Positions 1 through 10,663 of a stretch of DNA of 64,000 nucleotides are shown piece after piece. This stretch comes from an uncultured bacterium (GTDB lineage Bacteria; UBP14; UBA6098). The notes under the pieces were generated by a model, which did no database searches, was not told the origin of the DNA, and saw nothing but the letters and a program-made list of their open reading frames with translations. A program made the translations under genes and the position numbers. The stretch spans positions 273,328-337,327 of the forward strand of contig CAYWOR010000001.1 in the NCBI GenBank assembly GCA_964459995.1, written 5' to 3'. Within the stretch, counting starts at the first letter, position 1; each line of letters opens with the position of its first letter.

Positions 1-755
1 GGGTAAATGGGCTTGTCGGCTCGAAATTGAACATCGATTATCTCGAGGGTCTTCTTGCGGATTCTCTTTCGAGCGGATGGATTACAAAGGCTTTGGCAAA
101 TTTAGCGAAGATGCTTGGCTCTTTCCTTGGAAGTTTCCTTCTATTTGCGTTTTATTTCATCATATTATTGGCCGGCTTCAATAATTACGAGAAATACATA
201 CGTTATGTAGGCGGCGAGGAGCAGGGTGAATCTTTTCTGAACACTTTTGAAACGGTGATGAACTCGATTTCGACCTATATGGGAGTAAAATTCCTTGTAA
301 GTCTTTTAACTGGAATACTTTATTGGGCGATTTGCTGGGCATTCGGTATTGAATTCGCCATGTTCTGGGGATTTTTAGCCTTCGCGTTGAATTTTATTCC
401 GAGCATCGGGTCGATTATTGCGACAATTCCGCCAATATTAATGGGCTTAATTTATCTTGACAGCGGTGTGCAAATTCTTCTTTTCTCGCTACTTTTGGTT
501 TCTGTTCAAATGCTTGTGGGCAATGTTCTCGACCCTTATTTATTGGGGAACAGGCTTAAACTGAACATTCTGACTGTAATACTCGGGTTATTATTCTGGG
601 GCTATATTTGGGGGCCTGTTGGGATGTTGCTTTCGGTGCCGCTTCTGGTGCTGATGAAAATCATTCTCGAACAGAATTCCGAGACAAGCATGGTCGCACG
701 GGCTATGGAATCGGCGAAGTCCTCCAAAATGGAGCCCGCGTCGCAAGAGTCTTGA
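1..755 (+). CDS. AI-2E family transporter (UPF0118/PerM-like), C-terminal ~250 aa; 5' end lies outside the window (frame is open to position 1)
   Basis: Multi-TM C-terminal region with the characteristic AI-2E stretch '...VQMLVGNVLDPYLLGNRLKLNILTVILGLLFWGYIWGPVGMLLSVPLLVLMKIIL'. No stop upstream in frame to the window edge. Confidence 0.6.
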   Translation, partial: VNGLVGSKLNIDYLEGLLADSLSSGWITKALANLAKMLGSFLGSFLLFAFYFIILLAGFNNYEKYIRYVGGEEQGESFLNTFETVMNSISTYMGVKFLVSLLTGILYWAICWAFGIEFAMFWGFLAFALNFIPSIGSIIATIPPILMGLIYLDSGVQILLFSLLLVSVQMLVGNVLDPYLLGNRLKLNILTVILGLLFWGYIWGPVGMLLSVPLLVLMKIILEQNSETSMVARAMESAKSSKMEPASQES

Positions 756-782
756 TTCAATTCCATGATAAAGGGGTGATAA

Positions 783-3700
783 ATGAAAAAGTTGAGCTTG
801 ATTTTATTATTCACGCTTTTCGTATCAATAGTTATTGCTGAAATTCCTTCTGCATGGCCGCTTGAAACGCTTATGGGAGTCGAGTTACTCGAATCCTCCA
901 ATGGCGAGTTCCCCCCCTGCGCAGATATTTTATCCTGCTATTTTAATGCGCAGTCGAACCGTATTCGGCTTCGGTTGCCGATGATGACAAATTTCATAAC
1001 CGGCGAGAACGAGTTTTCCTCGTATAATTGCGGAGTCCAAATCGAAATCGCCTATTCGGGCGCGCTGTCCGACGGCGTTCTCGGATTCTCGCATAACAAT
1101 ACGATATTTCTCGCCGTCGGACACGACGGACGAACCTCTGCATGGGCTTATAACGGTGCCCCTGTCGAGATTGACGAGGTCTATTTCGCGCCGGAATTTG
1201 GAATAATCGAAGCGGAGGTTCGTCCGCCGGCTGAAGCCGAAGGCTTCGGCGCGCGCCCTGTAGTGCGGGTCGAGACATTTGTGGACGGCAGAGCGGCTGA
1301 TATCGCACATTTCGACCCCGAACTCTTTCCGACATACACGACAAACTGCGCATTTATGCATCACGGCAATCAATCGCTGTCCTACACCGATGTTTTCCGC
1401 GGAAGATGGGACGACGGCCATGGCGGCCTTGCGAGCGGTTTTGACGAGGTTCTCGAAGTGCACCAGTTATATTCGATACCGGGGAATTTTCATATCAGCG
1501 GGACACTTATCTCTGCGGCGGCTTGGTATGACGCCGATTTCAATACATGGGTGGCAAACGGTGTTTCCGGAGGTTGGATAGAAGTTAACACAAGCGCATA
1601 CGCACAGCATATAATGCCCTTCGTGGCGGACGAGATGAACGACTGGGCTGTTAGCATCGAAAATGCCCTGGTTGACCATTTTTACGGGTTCACACCGCGA
1701 GTTGCATGGGTTCCGGAAAGGGTTTTTCTCGACGGCCCGGGCGGGGCATACCCCAACGCGGGTGTCAGCGATTATATCGCGGACAATTTTGCTGATAACG
1801 GGGTTTGGGCGATTATTCTCGACGATGACATTCATCTGGCGGGACATGACAATCACCAAATCCATTATTTAAACGGAAGCACGCTTAGATTAATACCACG
1901 CGACAACGATTTTACGGGCAAACTTCACGCTGGAGACGGCGGTGGCGCGCTCAATAATCTCGTCGGAATGGCGAACAATTCGTCGGGGCCTTATCGAATA
2001 GCTGTTTACGCCGATGATTGGGAAATGGCCGCCGAGATGGGCGAATGGGCATCGAGCATGCCGAACGCACTCGACGCTTATGAATGGATTATCCAGCAGT
2101 GTCACCTCGAATCGTCGTGGCTTTCGACATGGAAGCTCACCGACGCCGTTGTAAGCCCGAATTTCAACGGTGTAGGGGTTACACCCGCTTACGGCACACA
2201 CTCTTCGATTGGCGGGACCAACGGTTACGGCGGCGGGAATAACGCGTGGTACACACACTGGGCCAGCTATTCAAGCCCATCCGACCAGCACTCGCCGCAA
2301 TGGAATTTTGGATATATCTGGTTCGACGCAAAAAATAACCTTATGACCTGCCCAGATAACAACACCGCGCAGGCCGGATGGTATGTGCTTATGTCGAAAC
2401 TTTACGAGACCGGTTGGCATGACGGCATGGGCGGCTCGATTTCCGGCTGGCAGATGAAGCATTCGGCTCATATCAAGAACGCGAACGTTTATGCCGAAGC
2501 CGCGAGATGGGCTAACGGCGATCTCGGAACCGGGGTAAGCGCGACCTATGCCGATTGGGATCACAACGGCGATAACGAGCTAATCCTTCGCAACGGCAGA
2601 GTGCTTGCGGTTTTTAAACATATTGGCGGACGCGCGCATTGGATTTTCGGGCGCGGTGGCACGACAGGATGGGAAGGCTCGATTGCTGGCAACTGCAATG
2701 TCTATTGGGAAGGCACCGAGGGCGATTATAACGATGCTAATCATATCGCGCCTCTCTCCGATGTCAGCGTTGGCGGACACGATTATCAACATAGTCTCTA
2801 CAGCTCTGAAATCCTCTATAGCACAGCTGATTCTGCGGAAATAAGATTTACAAATTATTATGTCGATAAGCGAATAAAAGTGAAATCCGGTGAGCCATTT
2901 TTCCGTGTTTATTACGACACCGGCCCCGATCACATATATGTCAAATCCGGGTTCACGCCCGATTTGGTCGATATCATCTGGAACGCTGATATGAACAGGC
3001 TTTGGAGTGCGGGAAGTTACTGCGGTTTTCATAATCCGAACACACGCGCTTCTGCGGCGATAATTATGGGCACCGGTGGGGCGTCCCATTCCACCGATTT
3101 CCAGAGCACAATTCTTCGCGGCGACGAAATTTCCGGCTCGGGCGGTTTCGGGTTCCGTATTTTTGCGGGCGAATTGGCAGATGTCGCGGGGATGTCCTCG
3201 CCGACATTGGCGACACTTTCCGCCGGAGTTACCGATATTTATCCGCCGAAGGCCTACTATGCCAGCTATCACCCCGGTACCGGCGTAATGGAGATAGCTT
3301 TTGGGGACACTGTCAAGTATAACATGGTAACGATGGCAAATATCGGCATCGACCGCAACGGCAATGGAGCCTCCGATGTTACTCTCGACGGCACATGCAC
3401 GGTTATCAACACCTCGCACGCCAAGATTATACGGATTACTCTGTCGCCGGCAAAAAAGACCGCGGTTAACGCATTGGTTATGACAAATCCGCATCTATGG
3501 CTCTCCGCGGGCGCGTTTAGGGATTTGCGCGATAATCTGAACACAACACAGACCGCAACGGTCGGTTCGGGAGTTCAGTTGAATGTCCTGCCGGCGACGA
3601 GCATCACAATCGACGGCTATATAGACACATCGGAATGGCTTCCGGCGATGCATGTCATCGACGACCCGGACGATGATTCGCACTGGGGCGCTTCGAATGA

Positions 3701-4529
3701 GCTTTACGATCTTTATATGTTCTGGGATGATACCTATCTCTACCTCGGTCTTCACGGTGTAAAAGAGGCCGCGAGAAGCATGGTTGTGAATTCGTGGCTA
3801 ATTTACCTCGATACAGATTGGGGCGGCCCGAACGGCCAGTCCGATCTTCGCGAAATAAGTTCTTGGGACAGGAACGCGCAGTTCTCCGGCGGATTCCGCG
3901 CCGATATTCAATATGGCAGTTGGGGCGCGATGGATGGCGATGTCTGGCGTATCACAGGCCCGACTACCGCGGTGCAGATAACCGACGGCGTAATCGTGAA
4001 TACCGACCTAAGCGCGGCGCGTCCGGGAAGCGAAATCGCGATTAGTTGGAATTCTATCTACGGCATAGGCGAGGGTTTTGTAAATCCCCTGTCAACTATC
4101 GCTATTTGCGCGAGTTTGGCTGGAACGAACGATGACGACAATCTCGGCGGCGACTGCATTCCGAACCAGGCCTCGGCCTCATTTCCGGTTCTCGACAGTT
4201 TCTATGTGCAGGTCATCGATGCCGATGGCGACGGTCTTCCTGACGATTTCTTCGATGTCGTGGGAATTAGTGAACATGCTCCTTCTCGCGCCGAAAGTTT
4301 CGGAATACGAGCCTGCCCGAATCCCTTCAATTCTGCGGTTGAGATAATTACTTCGACTCGTAATAACTTGACAGTTGAGATTTTCGACATCAAAGGCCGG
4401 TTTGTCGATAGGGTCGAAATCGAGGCGGGAAGAGGAATTTGGCGTCCAAAAGAGGAAATGCCGACTGGAATATATTTTGCAAAAACAGGAAAAGGCTCCG
4501 ATTCGATAAAAATAACTTATCTAAAATAG
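783..4529 (+). CDS. Very large secreted protein (1248 aa) with T9SS type-A C-terminal sorting domain. N-terminal region carries GH57-like motifs (WVPERV, HHGNQ, LDDD). A CBM9-like module lies near residue ~950.
   Basis: Signal peptide MKKLSLILLFTLFVSIVIAE. C-terminus 'CPNPFNSAVEIITS..LTVEIFDIKGRFVD...GIYFAKT...KITYLK' matches Por_Secre_tail (TIGR04183-like). 'AWVPERVF' resembles GH57 conserved region III (WLTERV). 'GYIDTSEWLPAM...DLYMFWDDTYLYLGLH' is CBM9/DOMON-like. The catalytic assignment is weak. Confidence 0.55.
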   Translation: MKKLSLILLFTLFVSIVIAEIPSAWPLETLMGVELLESSNGEFPPCADILSCYFNAQSNRIRLRLPMMTNFITGENEFSSYNCGVQIEIAYSGALSDGVLGFSHNNTIFLAVGHDGRTSAWAYNGAPVEIDEVYFAPEFGIIEAEVRPPAEAEGFGARPVVRVETFVDGRAADIAHFDPELFPTYTTNCAFMHHGNQSLSYTDVFRGRWDDGHGGLASGFDEVLEVHQLYSIPGNFHISGTLISAAAWYDADFNTWVANGVSGGWIEVNTSAYAQHIMPFVADEMNDWAVSIENALVDHFYGFTPRVAWVPERVFLDGPGGAYPNAGVSDYIADNFADNGVWAIILDDDIHLAGHDNHQIHYLNGSTLRLIPRDNDFTGKLHAGDGGGALNNLVGMANNSSGPYRIAVYADDWEMAAEMGEWASSMPNALDAYEWIIQQCHLESSWLSTWKLTDAVVSPNFNGVGVTPAYGTHSSIGGTNGYGGGNNAWYTHWASYSSPSDQHSPQWNFGYIWFDAKNNLMTCPDNNTAQAGWYVLMSKLYETGWHDGMGGSISGWQMKHSAHIKNANVYAEAARWANGDLGTGVSATYADWDHNGDNELILRNGRVLAVFKHIGGRAHWIFGRGGTTGWEGSIAGNCNVYWEGTEGDYNDANHIAPLSDVSVGGHDYQHSLYSSEILYSTADSAEIRFTNYYVDKRIKVKSGEPFFRVYYDTGPDHIYVKSGFTPDLVDIIWNADMNRLWSAGSYCGFHNPNTRASAAIIMGTGGASHSTDFQSTILRGDEISGSGGFGFRIFAGELADVAGMSSPTLATLSAGVTDIYPPKAYYASYHPGTGVMEIAFGDTVKYNMVTMANIGIDRNGNGASDVTLDGTCTVINTSHAKIIRITLSPAKKTAVNALVMTNPHLWLSAGAFRDLRDNLNTTQTATVGSGVQLNVLPATSITIDGYIDTSEWLPAMHVIDDPDDDSHWGASNELYDLYMFWDDTYLYLGLHGVKEAARSMVVNSWLIYLDTDWGGPNGQSDLREISSWDRNAQFSGGFRADIQYGSWGAMDGDVWRITGPTTAVQITDGVIVNTDLSAARPGSEIAISWNSIYGIGEGFVNPLSTIAICASLAGTNDDDNLGGDCIPNQASASFPVLDSFYVQVIDADGDGLPDDFFDVVGISEHAPSRAESFGIRACPNPFNSAVEIITSTRNNLTVEIFDIKGRFVDRVEIEAGRGIWRPKEEMPTGIYFAKTGKGSDSIKITYLK

Positions 4530-4811
4530 CGCTAAATTGTCAATAAAATAATAATTAATAGTTGGTATCTCTTTGTAGTGTAATGAGATATATTCAGAGT
4601 ATTGTGAAAAACCGAAGCGAAAAATGTCCTTGCGAAGATGAAAAAAGAGCTTATTTTCTAATTAAGCGGAAATCAGTCGAAATGGACTGAAAAGCACAAA
4701 CGCACTCGTAATCGAAAGATTTATTCTATTCCCGCCCTCACAAATACGCGGAGTTATCGATTGATCGGCTCTCTGCGGGAGTATCATCATTATTCCGAAA
4801 GGGGAAATACG

Positions 4812-6182
4812 ATGAAACAGTTTACAATTATCGCCCTAATTGCCGTATTATGCGCACCTTTGTTTGCCGAGGTTGGCTGGTGCGGCGAGATATGGCCGAA
4901 TTCCGGAAGCGAAAGGCCCACCGGAGACCCTATAACAGTATATTTCCAAATTTGGAAAGGCGGAACGACAGACTCCCCCGGAAGAGGCGAAGGAATCGCC
5001 GCAACGCTCTACTGGAGAGAATCCGGTGCGGCGGTTTGGGAAACGGTCGAGTTGGATTATAACACGGATGTCGGAAATAACGACGAATATTTTGGCGATA
5101 TTCCCGCGCCAGTAGCAGAAGGTGTCATCGAATATTATTGCGAAGCCCTCGATTCAACCGATATGGTCGCCTCGACCGGCACAGACCAAAATGGTGTCGC
5201 GCTTAACTTGCTCGATCCCGGAATTCTGAATATAGTCGATGCGATTGAAATCGATGTTACGGTAACATTCCAGGTCGATATGAGCCTTGAAATAGTCTCC
5301 GATGTTGTTACGCTTTCCGGCTCTTTCAACGGCTGGAATACATATGCCGACACGATGACCGACCTCGATTCGGACGGAATATTCACAATTGACATAGTTT
5401 TTCCGGCGGGAAGTTCTCCGAGTCACGAGTATAAATACGTCAAAGACGGTGTTTACGAATACACATCGAACAGAATTCTCACCGTAGATGATTCTTCACC
5501 TACCCAAATTCTACCGGTTGTATTCTTCGAGGATCGCGACCCTGCGGACTATACTGATATTGACATCGATGTCCATTTCCGTGTTAATATGTCCGCGGAA
5601 ATTGTAACCACGCCCTATGTTGCGGGAAATGTTTTTCCGCTTGTCTGGGGCTGGGATGCTGGATGGAACGATGCCCTTATTCTTTACGATGACGGCGCGC
5701 ATGACGACGTCGCCGCGGGCGATGGAATTTACGGCGCGATATTGACTTTTCCGGCGGGAAGCTGGCGGTATATCGAATACAAGTTCACAACCGACGGCAC
5801 GGATAACGAGCCTTTGCCGCCCTTCGAGAATCACACTTTCGAGCTTGGCGATGTCTCTCCGCAGGTTCTTCCTATCGATGTTTTCGGAAGTCTCGAAAAT
5901 GTTTCCGAGGTGGTCTTGCCTAAGGGTTTTTCGGTGAAAGTATCGCCGAATCCTTTCAATTCTGCGGTCGAAATCGCTGTGCAGGCACTTAGAACAGGGA
6001 ATTTGGAACTTTCGGTTTTCGGAATCGACGGGCGACTTGTCAAAATTATTTATTCGGGAAATATCACGGAAGGCAATAATATATTCCGCTGGGATGCTGT
6101 TAATGAAAACTCCGGGTTATATTTTATCAAAATTGAGAATAATGGAATTTCGCACACGGAAAAAATCCTTCTTGTGAAATAG
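4812..6182 (+). CDS. Secreted protein with two starch/glycogen-binding-like (CBM20/25/48-type E-set) modules and T9SS type-A CTD. Start refined to the internal ATG with an upstream SD.
   Basis: SD AAAGGGG upstream of ATG 4812. Signal peptide MKQFTIIALIAVLCAPLFAE. Two modules of pattern 'V..V.L.GSFNGW......M.D.D.DG.F.......EYKY..DG'. C-terminus 'VSPNPFNSAVEIAV...LSVFGIDGRLV...GLYFIKIE....KILLVK'. Confidence 0.55.
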   Translation: MKQFTIIALIAVLCAPLFAEVGWCGEIWPNSGSERPTGDPITVYFQIWKGGTTDSPGRGEGIAATLYWRESGAAVWETVELDYNTDVGNNDEYFGDIPAPVAEGVIEYYCEALDSTDMVASTGTDQNGVALNLLDPGILNIVDAIEIDVTVTFQVDMSLEIVSDVVTLSGSFNGWNTYADTMTDLDSDGIFTIDIVFPAGSSPSHEYKYVKDGVYEYTSNRILTVDDSSPTQILPVVFFEDRDPADYTDIDIDVHFRVNMSAEIVTTPYVAGNVFPLVWGWDAGWNDALILYDDGAHDDVAAGDGIYGAILTFPAGSWRYIEYKFTTDGTDNEPLPPFENHTFELGDVSPQVLPIDVFGSLENVSEVVLPKGFSVKVSPNPFNSAVEIAVQALRTGNLELSVFGIDGRLVKIIYSGNITEGNNIFRWDAVNENSGLYFIKIENNGISHTEKILLVK

Positions 6183-6188
6183 GACGAT

Positions 6189-9100
6189 TTGAAATCATCT
6201 GTTGCCATAATTACTTTGATTGCGGCTTTTGCCCTCCTCGCGATTGCACCCTATAACAGCCCAATTATCGATGGTGCAATTGAGGCGGACTGGAAACCGG
6301 ACGAGAACATCCTCTCGGATCCGCCAAATGACAGCCCTTGGAGCGGAAACGAGCTTTGCGAATTATGGTTGACATGGTCTGCGGATCATCTATATATCGG
6401 TATCGAGTTTTCCGTGTCAGGAAATGGCGTTACTGTCTATATCGACGCCGATGAGGGCGGCACTTCAAGTTTCCGCGCAGAAGACGACTGGGAGGGCGCT
6501 TGGCGGCGCGATGTTACCTCGGAAAGGCCTATAGATATATTTATGGGCGGCTGGAATGGCTCCGCGATGAGTGTTTATCGAGCGGGCACGACAAATTCAA
6601 TCGATATAAGCGGTTTCTGCGAATCTTCCACAGGAGCGGGTTTCGAGGCCGAGGTGAAAATTCCGTGGGCGCAGATTTACCCCTCCGGAATGCCGGTGGG
6701 CGCAGAAATAGCTGTGGCGGTGCTTCTTGTCGGAGGGGACGACTATTTCGCCGCGGACGCTATGCCGGATCAGCCAACAGTTGGCGACGGTGCCGGACCG
6801 GATATCCTCGAGAATTTCCAGATTGTTGCCGTGGATTCTGACAGCGATGGCGTGCCGGATTTCGCGGGGACTTATATTGCAGGATTTGTGCGATTTTCCG
6901 ACATCGATACGCCGCCCTATCCGGTGGCGACAATCAATTGTGCAGGGCGTTTCGGCGAATCATCGACTTCTGACGGAAGTTGGCAGTTGCATGGCTTCGC
7001 GGTTGGAGATACTCTCGCATCGCTCAAAGCGAAAACTCCGGGGTATCGCGATGGAATCCTTCATGAAATTCTTGTAACCGAGCCGCCCAACGACACGTTG
7101 AATATTACTTTGGAGCCTTACACTGGAGCGGTTCGCGGGATGATTATTCCCGCCGTTCAGTGTTCAATCGTAGCGAGATTCTCCGATCAGAGCGACTCCG
7201 CGCGCTATTCGATATCAGTTCTAAGCGGCACTGGAGGCGAATTTGCTGTCGGTTACCTTGCGCCGGGATATTGGGATATTACCGCTTATCCTTATTCAGC
7301 GGATTTCTCCGCCACGAACGTCGAATCGGTGCGAGTCGCGGAGCCGGAGACGACGGTCATCGAAATTTTCCTCGAAGCCGCCTCGATTCTGCGTGAGTGG
7401 ACAGATGGTGTCGGCGACGATTATGGCCCGGGGTCATATACTTACCCGACCGAGCCGGTTTTCGTCGATGGTGCTTTCGACATAACCGGCGTCAGGATAA
7501 AGGATTACGCGGACGCCGGCGAAATCGAGTTCGAAATCGCAATGCGGAATATTCCCCATTACGGAATAGTTAACTGGGCACCCTTTTATCCGCCCCTAAA
7601 TCTACAGAAGATAGACATTTATATTGACGCCCACGGCGGAGGCTCCAGCCAAGGTCTTCCAAACCGCAATGTAAATTTCGTTCAGACCGATTATTGGGAC
7701 TGGGCGATTTCCGCTGACGGTTGGTGGGTCGGGATGTTTGCCTCCAACGGCCAGAGCATTTTCGATGGCTACACTCAGAATGTCATAGATGTTTCGATGA
7801 CTGCGGACACCTCGGCGAATACGATTTCTATTCGTGTTGCGAAATCGGCTTTCAGAGACCATTTGGGCGTTGCGAATTGGGACGAGTTCGACAGCTGGGA
7901 TTTCATCGTCCTTGCGATGGGGCACGACGGCGACGGTCTTGGCGGTGTGCGGTGGGTCAACCCCGGAAGCGCGAGCCAGTGGCAGTTTGGCGGCGGCGCG
8001 GAGGGGGATATCGATCCGAATATTATCGATATGTCTGTCAGTGCGGGAATCGACCCCGGAACAGGCTCAGTAAAAGAACCGGCGGATCCGCAGGAAACTC
8101 AACTCGACTGGACGATTAGCACTCCGGTGAGGCTTGCGGCGCATCGTGCCTTGGATGTTACACCTCCGACTATAGAGTTCGATAGGGAAGCCGAATTGGC
8201 GCATCTTTTCGGCACAAAGCACCTTTTAATTCGAACCGAAATCAAAGACGATATTGCGGTCGAAAGCGCTTGGTTACATTATCGGACGGCTGGCGCTTGG
8301 GACAGCGTGGCGATGGGAATCACAGAAAACCGCACGACTTGGTTCGGCGACATTGCGGTCGAAGGAAGGCTGGAAGACACAGATATCCCCGATTCGCTGA
8401 AATTTTTCTTTACGGCGACAGATGCCGCTGGCAACCGTGCGATTCTTCCCGACGACGGCGATTCGACCGTGCCGAATTATCCTTTTGCGGTGCATAGTGC
8501 GAATCCCGGGCGGGTCGTTTCCGCGCCGATAACCGTGGACAGCCTTAGAATATGCCTTCCGCAGAGTATGGACACTCTCGATTTCGATTTTGTATCCGGC
8601 GATATGATTCGAATCGCGCGGGCAGATTTGACTTCCTCCGGCACGATTTGCGTTGCAATTTCCTATCCGGCGGTCGTAGCGCGTGAGGGTGGTTTGGCGC
8701 GGCTTTCCGAAGTTAGACGGCGCATCGAAATCGGCGGTGCGGACATTTTCACACCTATGAATTTGCGGCTTCACTGGCTTGGGGGGAGAATTTCCGGGTT
8801 CGAGCCTTCGCAGTTGGTCTTATGCGAATACAGCGCGGATATCGCTCCGAGGCCCTACGGCGGAGTATTATATGAAAGAGCGAATACAATACTCGGCGAG
8901 GCTTTTCCCGGCACCGGTTTTTGGGCTGTCGGCGAGGATTTGCGAGATTTTCGCGGCAAGGGCGCATTGCGGAATATCGCCTTTTCGCCCAATCCATTCT
9001 CCCCAAACGGAGACGGCGTCTATGACCGGGTCGCAATCAGCTGGGAATCTGATTTTGACGGCAGTATGGATGTGGATATTTACGATATTAACGGTAATTT

Positions 9101-9293
9101 TGTGCGCGAATTGCATCGCAACACAAGTTTCCGATCCGGTAAAAGCCCCACGACATGGTGGGATGGTATAACACACAATGGAACAGTCGCGAAAGCCGGT
9201 ATTTACGCTGTCCGATTCGAATATACATATATCGGTGAAGAGGGAGTTCAGCTAAGAACAAGGATTAACAAACCAATAGTGATTATAAAATAA
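6189..9293 (+). CDS. Large secreted protein (1034 aa): CBM9-like N-terminal module, glucodextranase-C-like domain, FlgD-Ig/T9SS-like C-terminal domain. TTG start as given by the ORF track.
   Basis: Hydrophobic N-terminus. '[14 protein letters not shown]...[16 protein letters not shown]' is CBM9-like. '[35 protein letters not shown]...[14 protein letters not shown]' resembles Glucodextran_C (PF09985). C-terminus '[21 protein letters not shown]...[13 protein letters not shown]...GIYAVRFEY...IVIIK'. Confidence 0.5.
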   Translation: MKSSVAIITLIAAFALLAIAPYNSPIIDGAIEADWKPDENILSDPPNDSPWSGNELCELWLTWSADHLYIGIEFSVSGNGVTVYIDADEGGTSSFRAEDDWEGAWRRDVTSERPIDIFMGGWNGSAMSVYRAGTTNSIDISGFCESSTGAGFEAEVKIPWAQIYPSGMPVGAEIAVAVLLVGGDDYFAADAMPDQPTVGDGAGPDILENFQIVAVDSDSDGVPDFAGTYIAGFVRFSDIDTPPYPVATINCAGRFGESSTSDGSWQLHGFAVGDTLASLKAKTPGYRDGILHEILVTEPPNDTLNITLEPYTGAVRGMIIPAVQCSIVARFSDQSDSARYSISVLSGTGGEFAVGYLAPGYWDITAYPYSADFSATNVESVRVAEPETTVIEIFLEAASILREWTDGVGDDYGPGSYTYPTEPVFVDGAFDITGVRIKDYADAGEIEFEIAMRNIPHYGIVNWAPFYPPLNLQKIDIYIDAHGGGSSQGLPNRNVNFVQTDYWDWAISADGWWVGMFASNGQSIFDGYTQNVIDVSMTADTSANTISIRVAKSAFRDHLGVANWDEFDSWDFIVLAMGHDGDGLGGVRWVNPGSASQWQFGGGAEGDIDPNIIDMSVSAGIDPGTGSVKEPADPQETQLDWTISTPVRLAAHRALDVTPPTIEFDREAELAHLFGTKHLLIRTEIKDDIAVESAWLHYRTAGAWDSVAMGITENRTTWFGDIAVEGRLEDTDIPDSLKFFFTATDAAGNRAILPDDGDSTVPNYPFAVHSANPGRVVSAPITVDSLRICLPQSMDTLDFDFVSGDMIRIARADLTSSGTICVAISYPAVVAREGGLARLSEVRRRIEIGGADIFTPMNLRLHWLGGRISGFEPSQLVLCEYSADIAPRPYGGVLYERANTILGEAFPGTGFWAVGEDLRDFRGKGALRNIAFSPNPFSPNGDGVYDRVAISWESDFDGSMDVDIYDINGNFVRELHRNTSFRSGKSPTTWWDGITHNGTVAKAGIYAVRFEYTYIGEEGVQLRTRINKPIVIIK

Positions 9294-9314
9294 TAACATT
9301 TCAATGGAGGTAAG

Positions 9315-10244
9315 ATGTCAAGAGCGGAAATCAAAGTCGGAGATCTCGAGTTAGTAATCGAGATCGAGAAGGGTAGCATTGCGGAGAAGCTCGAACAGCT
9401 TTTCAGCGCGATGAGACTCGAAGGCGCCGCGGCAAAAGTTGAGATCGCCGAGGCGGATACAAAGGCAAAACCCAAGCCGGAGCCGAAACCGCAACCGGCT
9501 GTCGAAGCCGAACCGAAGACCGAAGAAAAGCCGGTCGAAATCAAAGAAAAGGTCGATGAAAAGCCCAAGCCAAGGCTCAAAATCCGTGAAGGCACAATGA
9601 ACAAGAACATTGTGGAGGACAAAGCGAAGATGCTTGTGGAATCGAAAAAGTTCAAAGGCTTCAGGGAAGAGCTAAAGTCCAAAGAAGAGCTTGCATACAA
9701 ACCCGAGCCTAAAATCGAACCGAAACCCGAGCCAAAAGTCGAGGTTAAACCTGAACCGGTAAAAGAGGAACCGAAACCGGAAATAAAACCGGAACCCAAA
9801 GTCGAGGTCAAGGTCGAACCTAAACCGGAGATTAAGCCGGAACCGAAACCCGAGCCGAAGCCGGAACCGAAGCCGGAACCTAAGCCGGAACCTGTTGCTG
9901 AAATCAAACCCGAACCTATGCCGGAACCGGAGCCTATGCCTGCAGTTACTCAGGCTAAGGGCGATATCGATGTGACCGCTTTCGCGAAATTCATCTCGAC
10001 ATTCCCGGAAAAGCTCAACGAGCCATACACTATTCTGGCTTTCGCTTCTTTCGTCGATAGGACTTTCGACGCGAGGGAATATTTCGATGTTATGGAGGCA
10101 ATCGGTGTGCTGAACCCTAAAACGCGTAAAAGATTCCTGATTTACACGAATCTGCTCGCGAAACTCGGCAAAATCGATCAGCCCGGGAAAACGACTTTCC
10201 GCATTACGGAAAGAGGCAGAAGCGATCTTCAGAAAAAGCTCTAA
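9315..10244 (+). CDS. Hypothetical protein with a ~200-aa (K/E)P-rich low-complexity tract (KPEPKPEP...) and a ~95-aa structured C-terminal domain. No signal peptide.
   Basis: GGAGG SD 7 nt upstream of ATG. Composition is TonB-linker-like ((EP)n(KP)n) but lacks an N-terminal TM helix. The C-terminal '[16 protein letters not shown]' is winged-helix-like. The minus-strand ORF 9248-9907 (GSGFGS repeats) is its shadow. Confidence 0.5.
   Translation: MSRAEIKVGDLELVIEIEKGSIAEKLEQLFSAMRLEGAAAKVEIAEADTKAKPKPEPKPQPAVEAEPKTEEKPVEIKEKVDEKPKPRLKIREGTMNKNIVEDKAKMLVESKKFKGFREELKSKEELAYKPEPKIEPKPEPKVEVKPEPVKEEPKPEIKPEPKVEVKVEPKPEIKPEPKPEPKPEPKPEPKPEPVAEIKPEPMPEPEPMPAVTQAKGDIDVTAFAKFISTFPEKLNEPYTILAFASFVDRTFDAREYFDVMEAIGVLNPKTRKRFLIYTNLLAKLGKIDQPGKTTFRITERGRSDLQKKL
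9700..9960. repeat. In-frame imperfect tandem repeat, ~12-bp period (ccg gaa ccg aag / ccc gag cca aaa), encoding the KPEP tract. Potential VNTR.
   Basis: Visible periodicity 'ccggaaccgaagccggaaccgaagccggaacctaagccggaacct' at 9840-9900, more degenerate copies upstream. Confidence 0.6.
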
Positions 10245-10256
10245 TAAGGATTAATC

Positions 10257-10658
10257 ATGAAAATGGCAATAGCTGTCGTTATCTCGCTTGTTATCGGCTT
10301 TCTCGTCGGTTTCGTGCCTTTGTCGATGAAACGCGCCGAACTTAATGCCGAGGTTACCGCCCTCAAGACCATGCTTGACGAAGCAAAGTCTCTCGCCGAG
10401 AGAACCGAACTCGAAAGGGTTACCCTGAATGCTTTTATCGGAGCATATGAGGGCGCGATGAATAAAAACTACGGCATCGCACAAAACCGCGCTATTTCGG
10501 GGTTTGACAAGGCGGAGATTCTCGCACAGAGGGGAATATCGCCCTATAGCAATATTGTCTCCCTTCGCGACGAGACGGTGTCGATCCTTGCTAAAGCCAC
10601 TGACGACGCGCAACCGAAGGTCAGGTTGTTGCTTTTTAGTCTCTACAAGGAACAATAG
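10257..10658 (+). CDS. Small membrane-anchored coiled-coil protein (N-terminal TM helix), hypothetical
   Basis: AAGGA SD before ATG. 'MKMAIAVVISLVIGFLVGFVPL' TM followed by a heptad-rich segment. The antisense ORF 10251-10655 has random-looking composition. Confidence 0.4.
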   Translation: MKMAIAVVISLVIGFLVGFVPLSMKRAELNAEVTALKTMLDEAKSLAERTELERVTLNAFIGAYEGAMNKNYGIAQNRAISGFDKAEILAQRGISPYSNIVSLRDETVSILAKATDDAQPKVRLLLFSLYKEQ

Positions 10659-10663
10659 CCGAT

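Noticed and set aside
2580-3494. 304-aa antisense ORF inside the 783-4529 gene. Similar antisense ORFs occur at 8274-8774, 18615-19274, 19476-20102, 21472-22254, 26707-27432, 45087-45560, 45725-46399, 51789-52358, 62224-62688 and 60574-61317 (+).
   Set aside because: All lie entirely within longer, motif-supported genes on the opposite strand and have Arg/Cys/Gly-rich shadow composition typical of high-GC antisense frames.
9248-9907. 219-aa minus-strand ORF ([10 protein letters not shown]... low complexity)
   Set aside because: It is the antisense frame of the (KPEP)n tandem DNA repeat. The plus-strand gene has an SD, operon context and structured terminal domains.
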